DNA of 63,528 nucleotides, counting the filler. It is 16 parts of 16 records of this genome, joined end to end, with 100 filler letters (N's around TTAATTAATTAA, not from the genome) between each part and the next. Parts side by side here need not be neighbours in the genome. Positions count along the whole stretch, not along the records: positions 34,985 to 42,367 come from SRR9670534_638; positions 42,468 to 45,193 come from SRR9670534_644; positions 45,294 to 48,526 come from SRR9670534_663; positions 48,627 to 51,724 come from SRR9670534_673; positions 51,825 to 58,829 come from SRR9670534_675; 11 more parts are not named here. The stretch is one strand, 5' to 3'. How positions within the stretch are numbered: position 1 is the first letter of the stretch; every line of letters starts with the position of its first letter. Below the pieces are notes generated by a model, which saw only the letters and a list, made by a program, of their open reading frames with translations, made no database searches and was not told where the DNA came from. This document shows positions 40,901 through 53,004 of the stretch, piece after piece. The translations under genes and the position numbers were made by a program.

Positions 40901-42139
40901 AACTAGATAAATAATATCGTAGTTAATAACTAGATAAGCAAGTACATGAAAAAGTACATGTAAATATAAAAGTCCCTCATACCGCATGTTTTTCGCTTAA
41001 ACGCCCTTTCTTCGTCTTTTTTGATTTTTCAAGAATCATTTTAGTATCTCCTGTGGTCCCTATATAAGTAGGTACACTATATGAGTTTAATGGATAAAGT
41101 AAAAATAATAATTATTAATTACTTAAATATTCAATTAATTACATATTCAATTAAATGTAAAATTTTGTTAGAAACCTTGATCGCTTCCACTGAGATACGG
41201 TTCTAGAAGAGGTAAGACTTTACACCAAATTTGCTCTCCTTCATCACAATTCTGTTCCAGCATCATCCAATCTGACTGTAAACCAGTCAACGCCAAATCA
41301 GCTATTGGTAAATACGACAGTCCAATTTTAAAGCAAACCTAAACAAAACACAGGTCATACATGATTGACTCTCATGATCATTTATATATGTAGTCTTTAG
41401 ATTTCACCTTAGTGGCATCTAAATATTCTTGCAGAAATTTCTTCAATACACATTTGGGTAATGACAAAATGAACAACAGATTAGACACCAGATGATCATC
41501 TTTGAATACCCTTATTCTGACAATAACTTCTTTCGCAAAGCATAGCAACAATGAAACACAGGATCTTGCTGTGGCTTCTAAATCCGTATCTTCAAAATAC
41601 TGTAAAATACACAAAAATCAGTGATCATTTAATTTTAATAGGCGCGCCTAATTCTATTGAACTTACACCAAGTTTGGCTGAAACCATTAAAACAATGGAT
41701 AAAAACTTGCATATTTGACTGGCATATGGATGCCTACAACACCATAGTGGCATTAATAATAACACAGTACCAAATTGGTATTACCAATACAATAATATTA
41801 GAATTATACATTTATAATATATAAAGAAAAACAACAACATCAATTTCACCATAAATACAAACAGTACTTTGATAAGCTGTCAATGAATGATGAAATTGCA
41901 GGATAAATCCACTTTTTAAACATAGAAATATTAACAACAACATTGCAGATATGGCTGAAAAAGTCAACCAAGTTATGCAACGCCATATAGTCGGCCTGAG
42001 ACTTGTAAGTTTCTTCTCCATCTTCAGATTCAGCCGTTGATAAGTTTAGCGAATCAATAATTTTAAATGAACATTCAAATAATTCATCTAATATATCTTG
42101 TTCAATCTGTTGCCGATTTTCCAAGGTAACAACTTCCTC
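34985..42139 (-). CDS. PRKDC: DNA-dependent protein kinase catalytic subunit, internal HEAT region, about 20 exons, partial at both ends
   Basis: FKIGLSYLPIA, PFPDLKCDIYLDEFLPEVVDLALYSSERQSQANACELLHS, LEQTIHWF, ALHTNPFKRMG, ESLAIAHHDSNFLGTIDAC, HFPLRSDEL, RLYHCAAFNCL, MELDQLNSHECM, in the order of vertebrate DNA-PKcs. Confidence 0.95.
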
Positions 42140-43084
42140 CTATAATATCGTAAAAGATAGCTTTTTATATAAATAGTATGTAATACTACATACTATGCAT
42201 TCCATTGTTTTTATCAATAATAATATTTACAATATACAATATCAATGCTAACAACGTTGGTTGTTTTACAAAAAAAGCATATAACTTGTCTTGTCACTAG
42301 GAGCATTTAGTGCTCGTCTTTCTTATTATTGGTGAAGCAATTTATATAGCTCCACCCACTTTACGTANNNNNNNNNNNNNNNNNNNNNNNNNNNNNNNNN
42401 NNNNNNNNNNNTTAATTAATTAANNNNNNNNNNNNNNNNNNNNNNNNNNNNNNNNNNNNNNNNNNNNTAGTTAATAAAAAATACAATATTGCAAATGTTT
42501 TTCATAAATAAAAAACATCAAAAAAATAGTGTTATCAGTACCTAAGTATCAATATCACCAAAAAATGAAAGAAATAATAAAAAGGAATATAACATTTGAA
42601 AGAAACAGATGAAATCAATGATTATTAATTAGCACTTCCCAAATATGGTATAGTGCATAAATGAAAAAGAGAAAGTAAAATACATGTAATTAGTAATCAG
42701 ATTAAGTTAGATCTACCAATCTAGGAAAAAGAAGAAAAATCATTCCATTGCCATATATTTTTTGCCATTAACCATTATTTTCTATGATATAACAATAACA
42801 TTGTTAAAAATAGTTATCTTTAAAATATCTTTAATTAATTAGATATAATAACTAGCTATAATTGTGTTAATGCTAATATTGTTATGATTTAATTAATTAG
42901 ATAAAGTTAAATATCTATTTATATAAATTAAATTGGAATGATTCAATTATAAGCCTTAATTTATTATTAAATTGCAGATTTATGATTTAGTGCCCCTAGT
43001 TGGAGTACTAGCAGTATAATGTTAAGTTATTAAGTATAATTTAAAGTTTTAATAACTCAAAAAAGATATTGTTTAGATTTTGGT

Positions 43085-43440
43085 TTACAGCTCTAGAAGA
43101 TATTTTTAGCTTCTTTTTTAAAAATGTATATTGATTTATTTTCAAAAGCTGTTTTAGATAGTTCATTTCAGATACTGTATATTGAATTTATGTAAAAACT
43201 TCTTGTTTTCATTTTCTAATGCACTTAATTCATAATCATGTTGTCTACCTGGGTTTGTCTTAAATGTAAATAGCTTATATAAATCAGGGTATAGTTTCTT
43301 TATTATGATTGAGAAGGTTAGTATTAGGCTTTGGTACAAAAATAGATTTTTGACAGATAGCATCTCAAAAAAGATTAATCTGTCATTATAATCCTCAATA
43401 TTATCTATTCAAAGACATCTTATAAAGTATTTTTGTTATT
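43085..43440 (-). mobile_element. Degenerate 3' end of a LINE ORF2 (CR1/L2-like group)
   Basis: KYFIRCL..LIFFEMLSVKNLFLYQSL..YPDLYKLF..RQHDYEL..KFNIQYLK*TI*NSF..KYLLEL* matches the typical C-terminal pattern IL.V..L..Y / FSI.Y.G..IWNSL..FKK.LK..LL. Confidence 0.6.
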
Positions 43441-43929
43441 TTGTATTTAAGTAATTATGTAATTAGAAAAATTATAAAGTAATTAAAAAAATTATAAAGT
43501 AATTAGAAAAACAGTAAAATAATTAATAACAATTTGCATATCTAACCAAAATAAAATAATTATTAAACGCGGAATTATTTAAAATTAAATTAATAAATAC
43601 TATTATAAAAATTAAAATAAATTAAATTAAAAAATATTAAACATTATTTAAAACTAAGTTAATAGTAAAAAATGATTATTAATTATTATTTAAAACTAAA
43701 TAGAAAGCTATTGAATAAAGTTTCCCATTAATAAATAATATTAGAATAATTAATCAATATATACAGAGCACATAATATAATATTTTAAAATTTTACTACA
43801 TAATTATAAGACAACAATTTATTGAGGGGTGTTGGCCTCCTGTAAAGGGGCTCCGGGCTTGCTAGTACCTATATATTATAATAAATTTTATATAGGTAAT
43901 ATGTAACTAGTACATATTAGGTGCTTATT

Positions 43930-44314
43930 ATGTATGAAGTTCACGAAATTAATGACACCAGTAAGTATGTTGTGGACCTAGCGGTACTTCGTTACTAGGT
44001 ACTGTTCTAGAGGAAAGCAATCTATACATTATCCTCAAGAACAATGCATGACAATTTAACATTTATAAAGTACGTAGGTATTATGTACCGCGGCAGACTT
44101 TGTTGTTTGGCAGTTATTATTGTTTGTTTTTATCATCGATTTTTTAGAACGTATTGGCAATACGGTATTGCTCATGGAGGATATTGGGGTAGATTTTGGA
44201 ATGGACGAAGATGAGGAACTTCAGGTTGTTATGGAGGATGCCATGCTTGAAGCACAGCGTTGGATTGAGGTTGTACGTAAACACAAACGTACCTTACCGT
44301 ACCGGTATTATTAA
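43930..44314 (+). CDS. Small spliced orphan ORF or terminal exons (43930-43960 plus 44148-44314), acidic, with a UIM-like helix
   Basis: Strong donor A|gtaagt and acceptor ttttag| join in phase 1; DEDEELQVVMEDAMLEAQR. Confidence 0.45.
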
Positions 44315-44558
44315 TAAACACAAGAGCTCATACTTCCCTAAATTACATATATATGGGTAGGTAATCATTGCACAACATACATAATTCCTATAGGTATGTA
44401 AAACACTAGTACATATTTATTGTAGCATCCATATAATTTACATAGTATGTATGTTATATGGATGTTACAATAAATATCATATTATGCACTAGTGTACTAA
44501 TAGTATGTACATACTGTGTATCGTATAAAGATATAGTAATAACTTTTTATTATTAATA

Positions 44559-44747
44559 TAGGTATGGTAAGAGTCCCTTCAAACTGGGGTAGTAACTTAG
44601 GTACTATGTACTTTACAAAGTTACGTAATAGTCATTCTTGTTATTGACAATAACTTATTGTATGTATTTACTTAGCTCACACCGGATGACTTATTAGGTA
44701 TCTTTGTCACTCCCCCCAAGTTGAAGGGGCCCCTTACATTATACCTA
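44559..44747. mobile_element. MITE-like element of about 190 bp with imperfect terminal inverted repeats of about 40 bp
   Basis: Left taggtatggtaagagtcccttcaaactggggtagtaac versus reverse complement of the right end taggtataatgtaaggggccccttcaacttggggggagtgac. No clear TSD. Confidence 0.6.
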
Positions 44748-44904
44748 GTACGAAGTATCGTATGTTATGCATAATAATAATATGTAATAATAATAAGTTA
44801 TTATTAATAACATACCTGTAGTACATACTACATGCAATAGGATACAAATAGGTACGTGCTACGTAATACATACGTAGATACGTACTATGTAGTACCGTAC
44901 AGTA

Positions 44905-44995
44905 CGCACTACTTACTACGTACTACGCACTACTTACTACGTTCTACGCACTATTTACTACGTACTACGTACTACTTACTACGTACTACGTACTA
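44905..44995. repeat. 21-bp minisatellite (ACTACTTACTACGTACTACGC), about 4 copies
   Basis: Read directly. Confidence 0.9.
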
Positions 44996-45647
44996 GGTAT
45001 GTACAGTATGTAGATAGGGGTACCCTACTAGCGTACGGTACGCTGCGTACCTATTCTACAACAATGTTGTAGCAGCATACATGTTTTTATGTATTTGCAT
45101 AACGAACAAAGTTTTACAGGTTTGATAATATGCATAATATGCATGTGCATGTAGTAGCCTATGAAATTCCTATGAAATGGTATGTAGTAGTATNNNNNNN
45201 NNNNNNNNNNNNNNNNNNNNNNNNNNNNNNNNNNNNNTTAATTAATTAANNNNNNNNNNNNNNNNNNNNNNNNNNNNNNNNNNNNNNNNNNNNAATAATG
45301 CCTGGTTCCTCCCTTAATGATTTCATGGATGGGTAATGCTACTGCTACCGTGGGGCATAGTTTCTAGTATTGCCCATTAATTATACACTTAAGAGGGGGG
45401 AGCTTGTTTGATCGGCTTTCAAAACAGGCTGAGGAAATGATTGTGTGAATTAAACATGTGTTTGATACACTTAGTAAAATATCATTCGATCAATCAACCA
45501 GAATTAATGAACAAACTATCATCATCTTAGCCCCGATTAGATGCCTAATGGGTAAAGTGCAACCCCAACCCAGTCCTTGCTCACTTAACTTATTACATAT
45601 GAATTATTTTGTATAATTTGGCTAAATAGTTAAATTAATCAACTTAC

Positions 45648-45963
45648 AATCCTTATTCATTTTCACTGCAAGACATTTTTGAAATCTGCAACTTTGACAC
45701 TGATTTCTTCTTGCCACATCGATGACACATCTGCCATTTTCTTTACAGACATAACCAATATTTCGTCTGATTGATCTCTTGAAGAATCCTCTACATCCAT
45801 CACAGCTTAAAACACCATAGTGTTTGCCAGAAGCTTTGTCACCACAGACTCTGCAAATCATCTTTGATTTTGGTATCTTTCCAGCAGCACTTTCCACAGA
45901 ACTTGGTGAAACTGATGATTGTGATGACTCGGTCGATTCTTGGTTTCCCATCAATTGGTACAT
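45648..45963 (-). CDS. NR2E6: Nuclear receptor NR2E group, best fit NR2E6 (PNR-like); first coding exon with the whole DNA-binding domain
   Basis: [63 protein letters not shown]-box CDGCRG; donor T|gtaagt at 45647; TATAAAA on the minus strand near 46167-46174. Confidence 0.8.
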
Positions 45964-48767
45964 TGTTTTGGAAGAAGCTGGATTATTGATAAACTCTGCA
46001 AGGCAAAAACGTGACTTTTTCGTTAAACACGCAAACAAGTAAATTTCAGGTGAGAAAGAGAAGGTGCTCTTTGATCTGCAGCTTTGGCTGCGACAGGATG
46101 GTATTTTGTTGTAAGTACTGTGAGAACTACAGAATAGAGTTTAGTGAATGGGGTTTTCATTGTTCATTTTTATACCTGAGTGTGTTATGATCACAAGGTG
46201 AAAACAATAAAGGACTGCGATTATCTTGGTGGGTAGTGGAAGGGGTTTCCTGCTGACAACCCTGAAGCTACTCCTACCCATTTGTATAGCTGGCTATACA
46301 AATTTAATCAAATTTCAGGCTTAATTTGGCCCAATATGCAGCGAAGCCAGTCAACACCCCTTCCCATTTTAGGTAGTGTCCAGGTATCCGTTGGCTAGTT
46401 CTACTGGTGTGATCTGGGTAATTTTGCTTAGTTCACACCCCACCACCGAGCTGATGAATGTTTATTAACAATACATTCTATCAATATATGCCAATGTGGT
46501 CAGGGCCAGATGATAAAACCAATGGGAGATCATGGAGTAATGTGTTATTATGTCTAACACCTTGTTGCATGATTACAATCAAATTTTGCACAATATGATG
46601 CGGATTTAACACCCCTTGGGGCTGGTTTTATTCTCTGCTCCTCTTAATTATATACAATCGCCCAGTTATTTGTAATAGCTCTACCAGATAAGGAAAGACT
46701 AGAAAATGATACTACATTATCATGCTATCGTTTATTATCGGCTAATAGATCTATCATCAGATTGATTCATGATCTTACCTTGAAGTTGTGATGGAAAGTT
46801 CCCATGCCCTAGCCCAGGGTTATTTAACAATACCCAATTAGTAATGCATAGCTTACCTTGATTAGCAATTTGACGAAAGTCTGAGGGTGTTGAAGAGGGT
46901 GCTGTATTGACTTGTGCTTCCATGGAAAAAGCTAAATGTGACGAACGATAAGGCGATGATAGAGATAATCACTAGAAAGTGAGCTAACAATATTTTGATA
47001 AAGTATTAACTCTTAGCTTAGCCACTTACTTAACATGTTTATATAGCCAGAATTCTCTTTATTATTCACAATGATTGGTAGCAGCCAATCAATTTATAGA
47101 ACAGAGGTGCAATTAAGGAGCCACGTAGGAGGAACTAAAGCAAACAAGCTTACTTACAAATGCATTTAATAAATAGTGTGAACAGGAAATAGTAGTAGTA
47201 CTATATTGTAGTAACAGTATCACAGTACTGTATCCACAAATTATGCAATTCATTTTGTATTTATTACTAAGAAATATAATGTCTATTAAATTTACAATTA
47301 TGTAATCTACTTATTATTATAATGATTATAATATAATCATAGTTATATAAAACTACATACTTCTTATTTATTAATTATTAATAATTATCTTTGTTATTTA
47401 TAAATTATTACAGATATGATTCATATTCATTTTCAATAATATATTTATGTATATTATTTACTATATTGTCATATGTCTATCAATAGTTCTAGTATTATAT
47501 ATTTAAATATAGTATAATAATAGGTACGCTATATAATGTTAAATATAGTATATATAATAAAATATTAATACAATTATATTTAGTATACATAATTATAGTA
47601 TTATATTTGATATATATATCAACATTATTAGAAATATTGCATAAAATTACATAAAAATATCACTTACTACAATATATTTTTTTCAACATAATAACTATTA
47701 ATTAACATTAATAATTTAATAAATTTACTTTAATTAATTTAATTATAGCTTATCTATAGACAATAACAATATTATTTAATTATAGTTTGTCTATAATTAA
47801 TAATATTCAGTATTATTATTATTAATACCCAATAAATGTTATTAATTTTATAGCAAGAGAAGTTATATTTTCAGTTAGCCTACTATGTTGTTCTACCCTA
47901 CATAATAACTTATTGTTATTAAAATTAAAGATACAGCATAGTCTACTATTATAGGAACAAATTTTTCAAGTATGAAACATTTGCTTCAAATTAAACGGTA
48001 AAACCAACCTGATATTATGATAAACCCTTAATAACAGCTGTTTTTATGAAAGATACCTGCTACCTGGCTCTTTATGATGAACAATAATGCAAGAAAGAAC
48101 TGCAACAATCGTTTTCTATAGGAGATTACTACATGCTGTACGCACCAGCGTCCATGTACATAGTACGTATACTATCATTACCGCCTTTGAGCGAGCATTG
48201 CATGTGAAATGCTCAGGTGTTGCACCACACGACTGCTTGTCATTATCATCAACTTAATCCACTCTTTGGACAAGCAGGTAACAATGCATTCATTATTTTG
48301 CTTGTTGAAATTTCATCCAGGCTACCTAGCCAGCTAACTTACTCTTTACAGATCAAACAATAATTGTGGACGTATCACTGAAAAGCGTCATCAGGTATGA
48401 AGTGTCAATTAATGTTGAACTAATGAATGCAATGTCATACTTTCATAATTGAGTTCAACATGCTACACTGTATTATAACTATTGCTCTTATGGCATCATG
48501 TTATTATTATTATTATTAATAATAATNNNNNNNNNNNNNNNNNNNNNNNNNNNNNNNNNNNNNNNNNNNNTTAATTAATTAANNNNNNNNNNNNNNNNNN
48601 NNNNNNNNNNNNNNNNNNNNNNNNNNCAATAATTGACGATACTGTCTCAGAAAAACATTTTTGTGACAGGTACATATACATAATAATATTGGTGTACATA
48701 TACATAATGCTATTTATGTACATATGCATAATACTATCTGTACAATACTAAAATTAACAGTAATTTA

Positions 48768-51070
48768 TTAGCCATAGTAAACTCCCCTACTTGTACTGGG
48801 GATTTCATAAAGCTGTATTGGTGGAGCTGTATACATTCTTTTACGACGGCGCACTGAGTCAGGCTTTATGATCTTCTTGTATCTAATCGCATTTATTATT
48901 ATTAAATTGTATGAAATAATATTTTCAAAATAACGCAAGTTACAATGTTTATTAATAGTACTATCAATTTAAAATTTAAATGAAATATGTCTATAGTCTT
49001 ACAGAATTACGTGACAGATAATCATAAGGACGAAGGCAACTGCTGACATGACAACCAAACCAACATATTTGCCACTAAAACCTAGGTCAAAGCCAAGACA
49101 AGGAGAATAACCTATAAATAAATAATAACAATAAGTAGGTATACAGTATTACAAGGTACTATATAATATCCAGTAATGCTATTACGTAATAACAGTGATT
49201 TAAATACAGCAGCTTCTAAGCAGAATACCATGACGATATTAGCGTCGTGATAAAAAATTTTCATAATTTTAACTCCGCCTACCTTCAGTACCATCAAATG
49301 GTACTTATTTCTCACCAGCTAATTATTAATAATCACTTTCATGATAATAAAGCTAACCACAGGAAATCCTACCATGCATTCCTAAGCCCGATTCCTATGG
49401 GATTTCTATGATAAACTTTGCAAGTGAAAGTGGGGCAAGGTCTATCAAAAATGTACCTAGTGTACATTATTATACATAATATGTATAATGCACATGTGGC
49501 ATTCCCTCCAACAAATTCTTGTAAATTACAATACTTACTGTCACAAGACTTGGTGACTCTTGGCATGTATTCAACGCCATCAATTTCAATTACTGTGGTC
49601 TCAACAATGGCTATAATTTCTTCATGGTCAGGATATGCAACAGCACCATCTTCATCTTTATATAATTCAATTTGATATTTAACAATTAGACTGCCACAAT
49701 AACTCCAAACAGTCAGCGTCTTTATATGCGTTGCATAGGCAGATCTAAGACTGTCTTCAACCTAGAGGAAATAAACATTTTATTAGTAAGCATTAAATTG
49801 GATGTGATAGTTTCGAGCCTTTACTGAGAACTCAGCTGCCGCACGATTACTATCTTCACATACAAGGGAATCTCCAGAACTACTTTCAAATACCAACTTT
49901 CCGGAAAAGGCTTCGTAATTTTCTGATTCCTCAACAACTACTAAATTTCAGTAAATACAGCCTATTACTAATAGGCTATTACATAATATTTCAATCATAT
50001 TGTTTTTACTTGAATATCATTAGTAATTAAACTACTAATCATTGTAAGTAACGATTCATAATTTACAATAATTAGTTTAATTATAATTTATGACTATTTA
50101 TATTTATAATTAGGTATTCATAATTCTTAATCATTTTGTAATTTCTTATTTAGCAGATTTTATAACTTATTACTTATTAAAGTTTAAGACTTAAACTTTA
50201 AGTCTTAAACTATTTTTTTATTACACTTAAATTAATTACTAGTTTAATAACTGCTAGTTGGAAATTTTGTATAATTATAACAAAATAATTACAGTTGGTA
50301 ATTATATTTAATATATGTAATAGATAGGCCTGATAGTGTTATTTAAATACATTATAATTACATTTAAACACATAATAATGTTGCTTATTATTCTAAGTTT
50401 GACTTGAGTCAACAATATTATAATAATTGATATACATATATATATATATATTGACTCTACTGATAGTTATCGTTTATCGTCGTTGTCGTACATGGAGTTG
50501 TAGTAGTAGTTGTCGTAGTTGTTGTAGGAGTTGTAGTAGTAGTTGTCGGAGGATCCGTGGTGGTCACAGTGCTTGTGGTGCTTGTCGTAGTTGTCAGTGT
50601 AGTAGAAGTTGTTGTTGTCGATGTTGTTGTGGTAGTTGAAATGGGCACAGTACAAGTTTCATCTGATCCATCAGGGGTGTCGTCATCTCCATCACAAAAT
50701 GCTGTTATTCTTACCAAATAAGTACCAGTAAACATTACTCCAAAGTCACCCATATCCTTTCCAATTTCTAAATACAACATACAATATTATAGCTATTACA
50801 AAGTGTTCTTATGTGCAGTGAAAAATTTCATACGTTCACAAACGTAGGAACTTTCATCTTCACCATTTGCACAATCAGGTGTTCCATCACATAGCTGAAG
50901 GTTATTGATGGTATCACCACTAATGGGACATGTAATTGAAGCTTCTAAAACATTATGATTGCTAATACGGAAACCTTGAAATATTTTGGAATACGTACGA
51001 TAATTTTGAAGAAAACTGCTTCCAACTGACAGTCTTACGCTTGCAGGAAATATTGCCGGGAAAGAACCAC
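48768..51070 (-). CDS. Type I membrane mucin-like protein: LDLa-like repeats, Thr-rich stalk, SEA-like domain, TM, short tail; 5'-partial, 3' exon choice tentative
   Basis: LCDGTPDCANGEDE, FCDGDDDTPDGSDE, poly-Thr near 50490-50640, YCGSLIVKYQI (SEA GS motif), VGLVVMSAVAFVLMISVT then YKKIIKPDSVRRRKRMYTAPPIQLYEIPSTSRGVYYG*. Confidence 0.72.
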
Positions 51071-53004
51071 CTAAAAATATTGATATTATTCAAATACTAC
51101 GAATAATAAGTTACTATGGAAACTATTCATAAGGATATGAAAAGTCTTTTGTTTAAGAAGGAAAAGGATGTCGTTACAACTTTTTTTGCAAACCATTATT
51201 TATTGACTATTTTTAATTACTCTTTAAATTAAACATTGCAGACATCCGGTCAGTTCATTTATTGTATCTGCAATTAATGTTTATTAATACATTTTAAAAT
51301 TGACTAAAGTAAACTATTGATAATATTTTATGAATCTTTCATCATAGTAAATTAATTTAATAAATTCTATTAATAAATATCACTTATAAATATATCAATT
51401 TGTGAATTATAAGATATATTATATATAAAATAAAAAATAAATTGCAAATAAATGATTACAAAATGAATGAAATTTTTAATAATACTTATAATTATTATAC
51501 AAATTCTGTTATGTTTATATCTCTACAAACATAACAAGCATAATTTTTATTTGTCAGTATAATTTTTACTTATTATTAATAAAAATAAGTTGTAATTCAT
51601 ATTTTATTAATAACAAGAACAATTCCCACTAACGCAATATTTATATGGAAGACAAATAATAACAATATTATCATGTAATAAAATGATATATTATTATTAT
51701 TATTATTGGGAGAGTGCATAATAANNNNNNNNNNNNNNNNNNNNNNNNNNNNNNNNNNNNNNNNNNNNTTAATTAATTAANNNNNNNNNNNNNNNNNNNN
51801 NNNNNNNNNNNNNNNNNNNNNNNNATCCAGCCTGGAGGCGCACACTAGGGAATACCTATGTATGTATGTACTGTCAGTACCTACCTATGTATGTACTATG
51901 TGTGGTACATACAGTGTGTATGTACATACCTTGACAGGTTCATTGTTACGGTAGTAACAATTTGTTACATAGGTACTAAATTACATACTACATACTATGT
52001 ACATAGTAATACGGTATTATGTACTAATACCTATAGCTATTGTAGTCTACAATTTGTAGAAGAGTTTTCAGCTGAAAATTACAGCCTATGTTGGTACATA
52101 CCACAAGATGTTGACGAAAATGTTATATGTACAGTAATACTGTACAATACATTGTATAATACTAGTATACAGTCTATTGAATGCTAGGTACCTAGCCTAC
52201 CTAGGGTATTTGAATTTCCACGACGTTTTAGATACACCTGCCAAAAAATACAAAAAATACCTAGTGATTCGATAATTTTTTTACCCCCCTCATCCCTTTA
52301 TAAAATGTGAACATACATAAATGCGGGAGCGTTTTTTGATACGTTTTAATGCCTGCCTTTATACGTTTTTTTATGTTTTATGCGCCGTACGTTTAATAAT
52401 ACGGTACCTACTAATAATACGTTTTACGTTTCTCCACCTTGCTACCTATGCACGGACCGTACAGTACGGTAATGCACTAGGCTGCATAGGTAGTACATTA
52501 TTAGGTACCTATTAGGTACCTATTACCGGTAGGTAGTTGTGATTCACAACTTGTGAAAGAAGACGTAAAGCTTACGCAGAGTCTGCGTCGCAGACTGCAT
52601 GACATTTTCTGTACTAGTGAAATTGTGTCAAAACCTGACAAAGTAAAGATTCCATGTGTTTTATTCATGAAACGCTGTGTTACCTTACATTTCTACTTTA
52701 TGCCATATAAAACAGGTGAGTCAGCTAAGTGCTTTCATTCAAGACGGGTTTTCTTTGTTTCGCATGAACAATTGAATATATGGGGTGTTGCCATAACAGA
52801 GTGCATACTAAATCTTGATTTACCTAGATGATTTATTATACTGCGTAGTACCTAACAGTATTATTATGCGAAATACATAGGTAATAAAATGCTGGTTTTT
52901 GAGGTTGTCGATAAGGAGGAAGTTTCGGTGATTAAGTTTTGCAGAACTGTTTTCGAATAAAGTTGTACGTTTGACATTGTGAAATGTTTTAAAATTCTAC
53001 AAAA

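Noticed and set aside
43825-43867. Helitron 3' end (GC-rich hairpin plus CTAG|T)
   Set aside because: The hairpin is weak, and there is no 5' end or second copy.
48209-48393. Two plus-strand exon-like segments with good splice sites
   Set aside because: The ATG frame stops right after the junction; too little support for a gene.
50427-50655. Cys/Arg/Ser-rich, metallothionein- or protamine-like ORF
   Set aside because: Antisense or alternative frame of the Thr-rich mucin exon.
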